From: an uncultured Pseudomonadota bacterium
Lineage (GTDB): Bacteria; Pseudomonadota; Alphaproteobacteria; JACZXZ01
Direction: 5' to 3'
DNA: 64,000 nucleotides
NCBI GenBank assembly: GCA_963749075.1
Contig: CAVVLJ010000016.1
Location: forward strand, 704,001-768,000
Below the pieces are notes generated by a model. That model was given only the letters and a program-made list of their open reading frames with translations. It was not told the origin of the DNA and made no database searches. The position numbers and the translations under genes are program-made. Positions within the stretch are counted from its first letter, which is position 1, and each line of letters opens with the position of its first letter. Positions 32,243 to 41,304 of the stretch are shown in pieces.

Positions 32243-33579
32243 GCCACGCCGGGGTGCTGTTCCTCATGGCGGCCCTCTTCCTGGGGCTCGGCTACATGGG
32301 CGTCCCGGTGGCGTTCTCGCTCGCCGCCGGCGTGCTGGTCGCCACCGCCTTCACGCCCATCAGCATGCAATCGATGATCGGCCAGCTCTTCCACGGCATC
32401 GATACCGAGGCGCTGCTGGCGGTGCCGTTCTTCCTCATGGTCGGCGAGCTCATGACCTCGACCGGCGTCGTTCACCGCATGATCCGGCTCTCCCAGACGC
32501 TGGTCGGGCACATGCGCGGCGGCCTGGCCCAAGTGATCACGCTGTTCAGCATGTTCTTCGCCGGCATCTCGGGCTCGTCCACGGCCGACGTGGCGGTGCT
32601 CAGCCGGACGGTCGCGCTCGAGATGGACCGCGAGGGCTACGATCGCGGCTTCACCGCGGCGCTGATCGCCTCCGCCTCGACCATGGCGAACCTGATCCCG
32701 CCGAGCATCATGGCGGTGGTCTATGGCGCCACCGGCAACGTGTCGATCGGCGGGCTGTTCCTCGCCGGCGTGGTGCCCGGCGTGCTGATCGGCATGGGCC
32801 TGATGGTCTACAGCTATTTCTTCGGACCCGTCGGGATCAAGAAGAAGCGCGCTCCGCTCATCGAGGTCGGCATCGCGGCCAAGGATTCGGCGCTGCCGCT
32901 GATGATTCCGGTGATCATCATGGGCGGCATCCTGACCGGCTGGTTCACGCCGACCGAGGCCGGCATGGTGGCGTGCGTGTACATCCTGGTCGTGCTGATC
33001 CCGGCCCTCAAGCCGCGGCATATCTTCGAGCTGCCGCGCGACTTCATGTATGCGGGGCTGCTCTATTCCATCCCGCTCGCCGCGGTGGCGAGCGCGTCCT
33101 CCTTCGGCTGGATGCTGGCCTACCTGCGCGGTCCCGATATCGTCGCGGACTGGATCGCCTACTACGCCGGCACGGACCCCCGGATGATCATGTCGCTTCT
33201 CGTCGTGCTCTTCGTCATCGTCGGCGATTTCGTCGATGCGGTGCCGGCGATCATCATCTTCATGCCGATCATCAACAAGCTGACCGAGCTCGGCAACATC
33301 AACCCGGTGCACATGGGCGTGGTCATCATCACCACGCTGGTGTTCGGGCTGATCACGCCGCCCTATGGCCTCTCGCTGCTGGTGGCGTCGAAATTCGTCG
33401 GCGTCGGGTTCGGCCGGGCGATGGTGCGCTCGCTGCCGCTTTATGTCGTGTTCTTCCTGACCATCGCCTTCACGGTGTGCTTCGCCGACATCGTGCTGTG
33501 GCTGCCCAAGCAGCTGCTGCCCGAATCGGTCGGCTGTTTCAAGTCCCCGACGGGGGTGGGCTATATCTGCCCGCCGTGA
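32239..33579 (+). CDS. dctM: TRAP transporter large permease DctM
   Basis: LLAVPFF, GISGSSTAD, IPPSI, TPTEA, HMGVV...ITPPYG. Confidence 0.92.
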   Translation: MSHAGVLFLMAALFLGLGYMGVPVAFSLAAGVLVATAFTPISMQSMIGQLFHGIDTEALLAVPFFLMVGELMTSTGVVHRMIRLSQTLVGHMRGGLAQVITLFSMFFAGISGSSTADVAVLSRTVALEMDREGYDRGFTAALIASASTMANLIPPSIMAVVYGATGNVSIGGLFLAGVVPGVLIGMGLMVYSYFFGPVGIKKKRAPLIEVGIAAKDSALPLMIPVIIMGGILTGWFTPTEAGMVACVYILVVLIPALKPRHIFELPRDFMYAGLLYSIPLAAVASASSFGWMLAYLRGPDIVADWIAYYAGTDPRMIMSLLVVLFVIVGDFVDAVPAIIIFMPIINKLTELGNINPVHMGVVIITTLVFGLITPPYGLSLLVASKFVGVGFGRAMVRSLPLYVVFFLTIAFTVCFADIVLWLPKQLLPESVGCFKSPTGVGYICPP

Positions 33580-33590
33580 CCGGGTGCGCG

Positions 33591-34400
33591 CTATTTGGTC
33601 CAGTGCTCGAAGTCGGCCTGGTATTCCTTGCTCTCGATCGCCTGATGGAGCCACTGGTCGGCGAAGTCCTTCCACAGCTGATCGCGCGGCAGGAGATAGG
33701 CCATCTCCGCGAAGTTGAAGGGGTGCTCCGGATGGATGGCACAGATGCCGGGATGCTCCTTCTGCCAGAGCAGCGTCTCGCTGGCGTCCGTGATCATGAC
33801 GTTGGCCTTGTCGTCGAGGAGCTGCTGCCAGATCGTCTTGTTGTCGGCATAGACGGCGATGGTCGCCGACTTGAGGTTGGCGCGGTCGAAGCGCTCGTTG
33901 GTGCCGCCCGGGTTGGTGATCACCGTGACGCCGGCGCGGTCGATCGCAGCCAGGCTCTGGTACTTGCCCACGTCGGCGCAGCGCGCCGCCGCCGCCTTGC
34001 CGTTGACCAGCACGGGGATGGTGAAGAGCGCCTTCTTCTGGCGCTCGAAGTTGATCGAGATGCCGCCCATGGCGATGTCGAACTTGCCGGCCAGCAGGTC
34101 GTCCATCAAGTGGGGCCACGCGGTCTGGACGAACTCGACCTCGACGCCGAGCGCCTTGGCCAGCGAGCGCGCCATGTCGATGTCGATGCCCTCGTACGTC
34201 TTGGTCTCGGCATTGAGGTAGGAGAAGGGCCGGTAATCGCCGGTCGTCCCCACCCGCAGCACCTTGGCCGCGAGCACGGCGTCGAGACGGCTCGCCGCCG
34301 GCTCCTCGGTCCTGACCGGCACGGAGGTCACGGCGAGGCCGATGAGCACGGCGATCGTGAGGGCGGAGAGTACGAGGACGAGCCGGCGGATGTGGTTCAT
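33591..34400 (-). CDS. cyclohexadienyl dehydratase-like periplasmic binding-fold protein (PheC family)
   Basis: SRLD....VLRVGTTGDYRPFSY, GGISI...R, NPGGTNERF, MITD. Confidence 0.75.
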   Translation of the reverse strand: MNHIRRLVLVLSALTIAVLIGLAVTSVPVRTEEPAASRLDAVLAAKVLRVGTTGDYRPFSYLNAETKTYEGIDIDMARSLAKALGVEVEFVQTAWPHLMDDLLAGKFDIAMGGISINFERQKKALFTIPVLVNGKAAAARCADVGKYQSLAAIDRAGVTVITNPGGTNERFDRANLKSATIAVYADNKTIWQQLLDDKANVMITDASETLLWQKEHPGICAIHPEHPFNFAEMAYLLPRDQLWKDFADQWLHQAIESKEYQADFEHWTK

Positions 34401-34576
34401 CGTGATCCCTTGCGACCCAGGCGAAAATCCGCGGGCACGCTACGCGATCGGCGGCGGCAGGGCTAGAGGCTATTTGATTCTCGACGCCATCGCGGCGCTT
34501 GCCGGGGCCGGGGGCGGGGCGCCACAATGGCCCGAGCGACTGGCGACGGGCGCGCAGCGCAGGCCGGAGGTGGGAC

Positions 34577-35323
34577 GTGGAGCTTCACTTGCAGACCTGG
34601 CAGGAGGTCGAGCGCTATCTCGGGCGCTCCAACGGCATCATCGTTCCCATCGGCTCGACGGAGCAGCACGGCTTGAACGGGCTCATCGGCACGGACGCCA
34701 TCTGCGCCGAGCTCATCGGCCGCCGCGCCGGCGAGCAGGCGGAGGCACTCGTCGGTCCCACCATCAGCGTCGGCATGGCGCAGCACCACATGGCTTTTTC
34801 CGGCACCATCACGCTCAGGCCCTCGACGCTCATCGCGCTCATCGGCGACTATGTGGCCTCGCTCAGGCGGCACGGCTTCGCGCACTTCTATTTCCTCAAC
34901 GGCCATGGCGGCAACGTCGCGACCGTGAACGCGGCGTTCAGCGAGATCTATGCCGGCGTCTCCCTGGAGAGGGGCAACAACGCGCCCACGGTGCGCTGCA
35001 AGCTCGCCAACTGGTGGGAAGCGCCGGCGGTCAAGGCCATCGCGCGCGAGCTCTTCGGCGCCCGCGAGGGATCGCACGCGACGCCGAGCGAGGTGTCGGT
35101 CAGCCAATTCGCCTATCCCCAATCGATCAAGCGGCCCGGGCCGATTCCGCTCGGGCCGGCCTATCGGCCCTTTACCGACGGCGAGCACTACCGGCGGCTC
35201 TATCCCGAGGGGCACATCGGCTCGGACCCGAGTCTCGCCACGCCCGCGCACGGCGAGCGCCTGGTGGAGGCGGCGGTCGAGGCCACCCGCGACGACTATC
35301 TCGCCTTCCTCGAGGCGGCTTGA
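34577..35323 (+). CDS. creatininase / creatinine amidohydrolase family protein
   Basis: PIGSTEQHG, HHMAFSGT, NGHGGN, SHA..SE, G.IGSDP. Confidence 0.88.
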   Translation: MELHLQTWQEVERYLGRSNGIIVPIGSTEQHGLNGLIGTDAICAELIGRRAGEQAEALVGPTISVGMAQHHMAFSGTITLRPSTLIALIGDYVASLRRHGFAHFYFLNGHGGNVATVNAAFSEIYAGVSLERGNNAPTVRCKLANWWEAPAVKAIARELFGAREGSHATPSEVSVSQFAYPQSIKRPGPIPLGPAYRPFTDGEHYRRLYPEGHIGSDPSLATPAHGERLVEAAVEATRDDYLAFLEAA

Positions 35324-35362
35324 GCGGAACGCGGCGATTTGAACTCTGTCAATTGGACGCCG

Positions 35363-35388
35363 GAAAATTTCAATAATGAAAATTTCAA
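35363..35388. promoter_or_regulatory. AT-rich direct repeat upstream of the GGDEF/EAL gene, candidate operator
   Basis: GAAAATTTCAA at 35363-35373 and 35378-35388. Confidence 0.45.
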
Positions 35389-35482
35389 GAATAATTCCGA
35401 GTCGCGTTTTTCCACCGGTAATGGTTGAAAATTGTCCCGCGAAGCCTCAAAAGGATTGAGCATTGCCGACCGGACGGCGCTA

Positions 35483-38470
35483 ATGTCGCAGACCATGGCA
35501 GCAGGGCGCAAGGGACCCCCGCAATACGAGCCGCGCGGGCGAAGCGTCGCGGGCGGCGCCGTCGACGCCGAGGAGAGCAATGGCCCCGGGAGCCCGGAAG
35601 AGGCGCTTGCGGCGCTCAGGGCCAGCGAGGCGCGCTACGCGCTCGCCGTCGCCGGGGCCGATGACGGCCTCTGGGACTGGGACCTCGTTGCCGGCACGGT
35701 CTACCGCTCGGCGCGGCTCGAAGAGATGCTCGGGCGCGCGGCCAAAGAGGCGGAGACGACGCCGGCCGACTGGCTCGCCCGCGTCCACCCCGAGGACAAG
35801 GAGCAATACCGCGCGGTCTTCCGCACCTACGTCAAGGGCGAGGCGGAGCGTTTCGAGTGCAAGTACCGCCTGATCGACGCAGCGGGCGGCGAGCGCTGGG
35901 TCCACGAGTATGCCAAAGGCCTGCGGGATGCTGCGGGCCGCCTCTACCGCATCGCGGGCTCGGTGCGGGACATCACCGAGCAGAAGCGCCTCGAGGAGGA
36001 GCTGCGCCGCGCCGGCGAGTTGTTGCGGGACTACGCCGAGACCGCGTCCGACTGGTACTGGGAGACAGCTCCCGACCATCGCTTTACCGTTTATCCGGAG
36101 CGCGTACGCCGCTTCGGCGTCGACCCCGCCACCCGTCTCGGGAAGCCTCGCACCGACTTCGCGGCGGACCTCGAGGAGGAGCCCGAGAAATGGCGCGCGC
36201 ATACGGCGCTCCTCGCGCGTCACGAGCCCTTCCGCGACTTCGTCTACAAGATCAGGCTGGCGGGCGGCGAGGTTCGCTTCATCTCGACGAGCGGCAAGCC
36301 GATCTTCGCCGCGGACGGCCGCTTCTTGGGATATCGCGGCAGCGGCCGGGACGTGACCAAGGCCATGCTCGCGGCCGAGGCGCTCAAGGACAGCGAGCAG
36401 CGCTTCAGCGACATCGCCGAGGTCGCCGGCGACGTGCTCTGGGAGCTCGATGCGGACTACCGCTTCGTCTATGTCTCGGGCGCCGGGCGCGATGCCGTCG
36501 GCGTCGAGGACGGCTTCATCCTCGGCAAGACGCGCTGGGAGCTCGCCGGCGCCGATCCGGCGAAGGACGCGCTCTGGGCGCGCCACAAGGCCGCGCTCGA
36601 CGCCCGCCAGCCCTTCAGGAATTTCAGCTATTCCTTCAGGGGCAGCACCGGCCGCATGCTGCACTGCACGGTGAGCGGCAAGCCGATCTTCGACGCGAAG
36701 GGCGCCTTCCGCGGCTATCGCGGCACCACGACCAATGAGACCGGCGCCGTCGAGCTCTTGCGCCGCACCGAGCAGCAGGCCGATCTCCTGCGCAAGATCT
36801 TCGCCTCGATGGTCGAGGGTATCGTGGTCGTCGACGCCGGCCTCAAGGTCGTCACCTTCAACCCGCAGTTCCTCGAGCTCGGCGAATATCCCGCGGATTT
36901 CGTCGCCACCGGCGAACCCTTCGAGAAGATCGTCCGCTTCGGCGCCGTGCGGGGCGACTATGGCGCCGGCGAGGTCGAAGCGCTGGTCGCCGCCCAGATC
37001 GAGGAGCTGATGCGCTTCAAGCCGCATGTGGCGGAGCGTCAGCTGCCGAGCGGCAGGGTGCTCGAGCTGCGCGGCAATCCGCTCGCCGAGGGCGGCCTCG
37101 TCATCACCTGCGTCGAGGTCACCGAGCGCAAGCGCACCGAGAGGAGGATCGCCCGTCTCGCCCGCATCGACGCGCTAACCAATCTCGCCAACCGCGCCCA
37201 GTTCAGCGAGCACCTCGAGCACGCGACCGCCGAGGGCACGCGCTACAACCAGCCCTGCGCGCTCTTCTACGTCGATCTCGACAACCTCAAGGAGGTGAAC
37301 GACACGCTCGGCCACCCGGCGGGAGACGGTCTCCTGCGGCTGGTCGGCAAGCGGCTCGCCTCGATCGTCCGCGAGGCCGACCTGGTGGCGCGCCTGGGCG
37401 GCGACGAGTTCGCGGTCATCCAGGCCAATCTCGCGCACTCGGACGACGCCGCCAAGTTCGCCGGGCGCCTGGTCGAGACGCTGTCCCACCCCTATCGCAT
37501 CGGCGGCCACGAGGTGCACACCACGGCGAGCGTGGGCGTCGCCATCTCCGCGCCGGAGAAGCCGGTCTCCGCCGAGGAGCTGATGAGCCAGGCGGACACG
37601 GCGCTCTACAAGGCCAAGCAGGAGGGGCGCAACCGCTTCTGCTTCCATTCGCCGCAGATCGAGAAGACGGTGCGCGCGCGGGTCGCCATGGCGGACGCGC
37701 TGCGCCGGGCGCTCGCCCAGCGGCAGATGACGCTCCACTACCAGCCGCGCTACGATCTCGCGAGCGGCAGCGTCACGGGCATCGAGGCCTTGCTGCGCTG
37801 GCGCCACCCGAACGGCGAGCTCATGAGCGCCGGCGAGTTCGTCACCAGCATGCACGACAGGGGGCTCTTGCGGAAGCTCGACGCCTGGGTCCTCGGGCGC
37901 GCCTGCCGGCAGATGCGCAAGTGGCAGGACGGCGGCCAGCTCGAGGGTGCCGTGATCGGCGTCAATATCGCACCCGTGCAATTCAAGGACCCCAGCCTCG
38001 AGGCCGCCGTCCGGCACGCGCTCGAGCAAAGCGGGCTGCCGCCGGGCCGCCTCGAGATCGAGCTCATCGAGCTCGTCCTCATGCACGCCAACGACGGCTT
38101 GCTCGCCGCCCTGCGCGCGCTCCACGAGCTCGACGTGCGGCTGTCGATCGACGGCTTCGGCTCCGGCTACATCGCACCCAGGCAGCTCAACAGCCTGCCG
38201 ATCGCGAGCGCCAAGATCGGCCCCGAGCTTGTCTCCGACCTGGCGGCCGGCGGCGGCCGCGAGACGACGGTCGCCGCCACGCTCTCGCTCGCCCGCAACC
38301 TCGGCCTCAGGGTCGTCGCCAAGGGGGTCGAGACGGCCGAGCAGCTGCGCCGCCTCGGCGAGCTCGGCTGCGACGAGGTGCAGGGCCGCCTGCTCGCAGC
38401 CCCGGTTTCCGCCGAGGAGCTCCCCGCCGCGGCGGCCGAGGGCGCGCGGCTGCTCGCGGCGTTGGCGTAG
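35483..38470 (+). CDS. multi-PAS GGDEF-EAL protein (EAL domain degenerate)
   Basis: PAS repeats (DGLWDWD, SDWYWE), GGDEF intact, EALLRW present; start uncertain (35432, 35483 or later). Confidence 0.9.
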   Translation: MSQTMAAGRKGPPQYEPRGRSVAGGAVDAEESNGPGSPEEALAALRASEARYALAVAGADDGLWDWDLVAGTVYRSARLEEMLGRAAKEAETTPADWLARVHPEDKEQYRAVFRTYVKGEAERFECKYRLIDAAGGERWVHEYAKGLRDAAGRLYRIAGSVRDITEQKRLEEELRRAGELLRDYAETASDWYWETAPDHRFTVYPERVRRFGVDPATRLGKPRTDFAADLEEEPEKWRAHTALLARHEPFRDFVYKIRLAGGEVRFISTSGKPIFAADGRFLGYRGSGRDVTKAMLAAEALKDSEQRFSDIAEVAGDVLWELDADYRFVYVSGAGRDAVGVEDGFILGKTRWELAGADPAKDALWARHKAALDARQPFRNFSYSFRGSTGRMLHCTVSGKPIFDAKGAFRGYRGTTTNETGAVELLRRTEQQADLLRKIFASMVEGIVVVDAGLKVVTFNPQFLELGEYPADFVATGEPFEKIVRFGAVRGDYGAGEVEALVAAQIEELMRFKPHVAERQLPSGRVLELRGNPLAEGGLVITCVEVTERKRTERRIARLARIDALTNLANRAQFSEHLEHATAEGTRYNQPCALFYVDLDNLKEVNDTLGHPAGDGLLRLVGKRLASIVREADLVARLGGDEFAVIQANLAHSDDAAKFAGRLVETLSHPYRIGGHEVHTTASVGVAISAPEKPVSAEELMSQADTALYKAKQEGRNRFCFHSPQIEKTVRARVAMADALRRALAQRQMTLHYQPRYDLASGSVTGIEALLRWRHPNGELMSAGEFVTSMHDRGLLRKLDAWVLGRACRQMRKWQDGGQLEGAVIGVNIAPVQFKDPSLEAAVRHALEQSGLPPGRLEIELIELVLMHANDGLLAALRALHELDVRLSIDGFGSGYIAPRQLNSLPIASAKIGPELVSDLAAGGGRETTVAATLSLARNLGLRVVAKGVETAEQLRRLGELGCDEVQGRLLAAPVSAEELPAAAAEGARLLAALA

Positions 38471-38566
38471 CGCCGGCTATCGCGAAGTTGCAGACCGAGC
38501 CCGTTTGACCAGGCCGGCGCGCTTGCGGTTAGATTGCAGCAAGCGTCGATTGGAGCGGGGGGGACG

Positions 38567-39463
38567 ATGAAGCTCGGCATCACGCTGCCGCTTGTCGACA
38601 TCCAGGGCGACCCGGCCGCGGTGCGCGATTTCGCGCAAGCCGCGGAGGCGCTCGGCTACCGCCATCTAGGCGCGCCGGATCACGTGCTCGGCGTCAATGT
38701 CGCGAGCCGTCCGGAGTGGGGCACGCGCAACACCTCGAAGGATTTCTTCCACGATCCCTTCGTCTTGTTCGGCTTTCTCAGCGCCTGCACGCAAAAGATC
38801 GAGTTCTCGACCGAGGTCCTGATCCTGCCGCAGCGGCAGACGGTTCTCGTCGCCAAGCAGGCGGCATCGCTCGACGTGCTCTCCGGCGGACGCTTCCGTT
38901 TCGGCATCGGTATCGGCTGGAATGCCGTCGAGTTCGTCGGCTTGAGCGAGAACTTCCGCAATCGCGGCAAGCGCTCGGAGGAGCAGGTGCGGGTCATGAA
39001 GGCGCTGTGGGCGGAGCCGCACGTCACCTTCAAGGGGAAGTGGCACAGAATCGACGACGCCGGCATCAATCCCCTGCCGACCCGGCGGACGATCCCCCTC
39101 TGGTTCGGCGGGCACGAGGACGTGACCCTGCGCCGCATCGCCGAGCTGGGCGACGGCTGGATCATGCTGCGGCAGCCGATGGGCGCCGCGGCCGAGGCCG
39201 AGTTTGCCAAGCTCCGCCGCTATGTCGCGGAGGCCGGCCGCGATCCGAGCGCCGTCGGCATCGAAGTCTGGGTCTCGACCGCCGAAGGCGGTCCTGACGA
39301 CTGGCGCAAGGCGCTCCAATACTGGAAGGCCGCCGGCGTCACCCACATCACCCTCAACAGCGCCTACGGCCAACCGCCGCACCGCCGCATCGCCGGCAGG
39401 TCGATGGCCGACCACCTGGCGGCGATGAGGGAGTATCACGCGGCGGTCGCGGATTTGCTCTGA
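38567..39463 (+). CDS. LLM-class F420-dependent-type oxidoreductase
   Basis: AEALGY..PDHV, ILPQRQTVLVAKQAASLDVLSGGRFRFGIGIGW, IPLWFGG, DGW. Confidence 0.85.
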   Translation: MKLGITLPLVDIQGDPAAVRDFAQAAEALGYRHLGAPDHVLGVNVASRPEWGTRNTSKDFFHDPFVLFGFLSACTQKIEFSTEVLILPQRQTVLVAKQAASLDVLSGGRFRFGIGIGWNAVEFVGLSENFRNRGKRSEEQVRVMKALWAEPHVTFKGKWHRIDDAGINPLPTRRTIPLWFGGHEDVTLRRIAELGDGWIMLRQPMGAAAEAEFAKLRRYVAEAGRDPSAVGIEVWVSTAEGGPDDWRKALQYWKAAGVTHITLNSAYGQPPHRRIAGRSMADHLAAMREYHAAVADLL

Positions 39464-39556
39464 CCGCGGCTTCGGGTGGGGAGGGGGAGCGAAACGCTCC
39501 GGCTGTTGCCGGAGCGGGACCGGCCGAAGCGTCGACCGGCGACCCGCCCGATATCG

Positions 39557-40057
39557 TCATTGATACTCGTCGCTCACCTCTCGCGCGGAATGAAATGCCA
39601 CGACGCTCCAATGTCGTCGTCCGGGTGCCGTAGATTTGTGCCAGACGCCCGCCGGTACGACGTGCCAGCGATCCTCGAGCACCGCCGGAGCGCCCTCGCC
39701 GAAACGATCCACGCGCCAGCGGCCCTCCGTCTCGACGTGCGTCTCGATGGGGCCATCGAGCGCAAAAAGATACTGTGTGCTATTGGCATGCCGCTCGACG
39801 CCCGCGCCATCGGCATCGCGTGTCGCGGCAACCCTGATGCTGCCGGCTGCAACGGGTGCCGCACCCCCGAGGCCCGCCGGGTCCAATGTCACGAAGGTTG
39901 CCGGCATGCTCGAATCCCGCTGAAGCTTCCTCACCGCTTCGGCCTGGGCGCGCCGCAGGGCGGCCAAAACATCGGGCCTGCTCGCGAATCTCTCCAGCTC
40001 CTCGACGACAGGCCGCTCGGCTGGCGTGATGCTTCGATTGTTTGTCGGCTGAGCCAT
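39557..40057 (-). CDS. cupin-fold protein, ureidoglycolate lyase (AllA)-like motifs
   Basis: ERHANSTQYLF and VPAGVWH resemble AllA ERHP..SQ.F and GVWH; RBS AAGGGGG. Confidence 0.5.
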   Translation of the reverse strand: MAQPTNNRSITPAERPVVEELERFASRPDVLAALRRAQAEAVRKLQRDSSMPATFVTLDPAGLGGAAPVAAGSIRVAATRDADGAGVERHANSTQYLFALDGPIETHVETEGRWRVDRFGEGAPAVLEDRWHVVPAGVWHKSTAPGRRHWSVVAFHSAREVSDEYQ

Positions 40058-40152
40058 CGATGACCCCCTTAGGTCGTGGATAGAAGTCTCAGACGAAAAG
40101 TACCGGAAGCCGGCCAATGCCAGTTGTAGGGCCTACATAGCACACGGCGCAT

Positions 40153-40427
40153 CGGTGCACATGGGCGTGGTGTTCATCGCGACGCTCGCCTTCGGCCTCA
40201 TCACGCCGCCCTATGGCCTCGCCCTCCTCATGTCGTCCAAGTTCGTGGGCGCGCGCTTCTCCGCGGCGCTCAAGGGGTCGTTGTCGATCTATGTGGTGTT
40301 CTTCCTCACCATCGCCTTCACCATCTTCTTCCCGCGCGTGGTGCTCTGGCTGCCGAAGCAGGTCATCCCGGAATCGGTCGGCTGCTTCAAATCGCCCTCG
40401 GGGCCGGGGTATATCTACCCGCCGTAG
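40153..40427 (+). pseudogene. orphan 3' fragment of a dctM paralogue
   Basis: 90-aa frame, 65/90 identical by hand alignment to the DctM C-terminus (33307-33579); no 5' part. Confidence 0.85.
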
Positions 40428-40543
40428 GGGCACAACTCGATCGGCATCGCCGGCGTGGCGGCTTGGGGCGGGCAGCGGAAATTGGATGGAGAAACCTAAG
40501 TCGTCTCCCATAGGCGGCTCGAAGTTGCCGGCCCGCTAGGTCG

Positions 40544-41155
40544 CTATGCCAGAAAATCTCTGACGAGACCCCAATACGGCCGGCGCTTTCTCTCGCATTC
40601 CCAAAACCCGATCTTCTCGGTCGGCGCGAAGCAGAAGAAGTCGGCGGGCGTGCGTGGGTCACGCCGCGACGTGTACCTCGGGCCATCGTCCATCAGCCAA
40701 ATCTCGGTGAACCCGAAGCCGTCGAAGTCGCTCGGAACGATCAGTTCTGCGAGTTCCTCGTGCACGTCGTATTGCGCCGGGCCTTCGACATCTTTGGTGG
40801 GCCAATCCAGATGACCCAACAGGATGACTGGCCGAGTATCGAAGATGCCGCGTCGATCGTAGCTCTCGTGCTTTTGGCTCGCTAGGCGCAAGAGCTCGGC
40901 AATGATGTGGTCGGCGCTGCCGGCCTTGATGAGGGTTAACTCGACCCCGGTCTCAATCCCGTCGATGAGCGCGATCCGGTCAGGTGACTCGCCGGCCGAC
41001 AAAATCTTGACCGTTCGACCTGTGATGACCGGGAACTCCGCCTCGAACGTATCCGCAACGCCAGTCTCGACCTCGCGCCCGCCGACTGCGTCCTCGTACG
41101 CGTCTCTTGATCTCCGCCCCATCGGAACCTTGTCTTGCTCAACCTTAAGTCGCAC
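40544..41155 (-). CDS. hypothetical protein, PD-(D/E)xK-like nuclease motif
   Basis: ESPD-x10-VELT core (ESPDRIALIDGIETGVELT), EIWL; AT-richer codons; start may be ATG at 41122. Confidence 0.5.
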   Translation of the reverse strand: MRLKVEQDKVPMGRRSRDAYEDAVGGREVETGVADTFEAEFPVITGRTVKILSAGESPDRIALIDGIETGVELTLIKAGSADHIIAELLRLASQKHESYDRRGIFDTRPVILLGHLDWPTKDVEGPAQYDVHEELAELIVPSDFDGFGFTEIWLMDDGPRYTSRRDPRTPADFFCFAPTEKIGFWECERKRRPYWGLVRDFLA

Positions 41156-41304
41156 AGAAATGTGCCGGAGTGAGTATGCTGACTTTAGTGGCGCTCGGCA
41201 ATCCGCATCAGCGCGGCTCGCTAATAGGGCGTTTCCGGCATCATTTTTCGGATAACTTCGCGTCTATATGGCGTCGTATAACCCAAGGGGGAAGCGGGGA
41301 GTCC

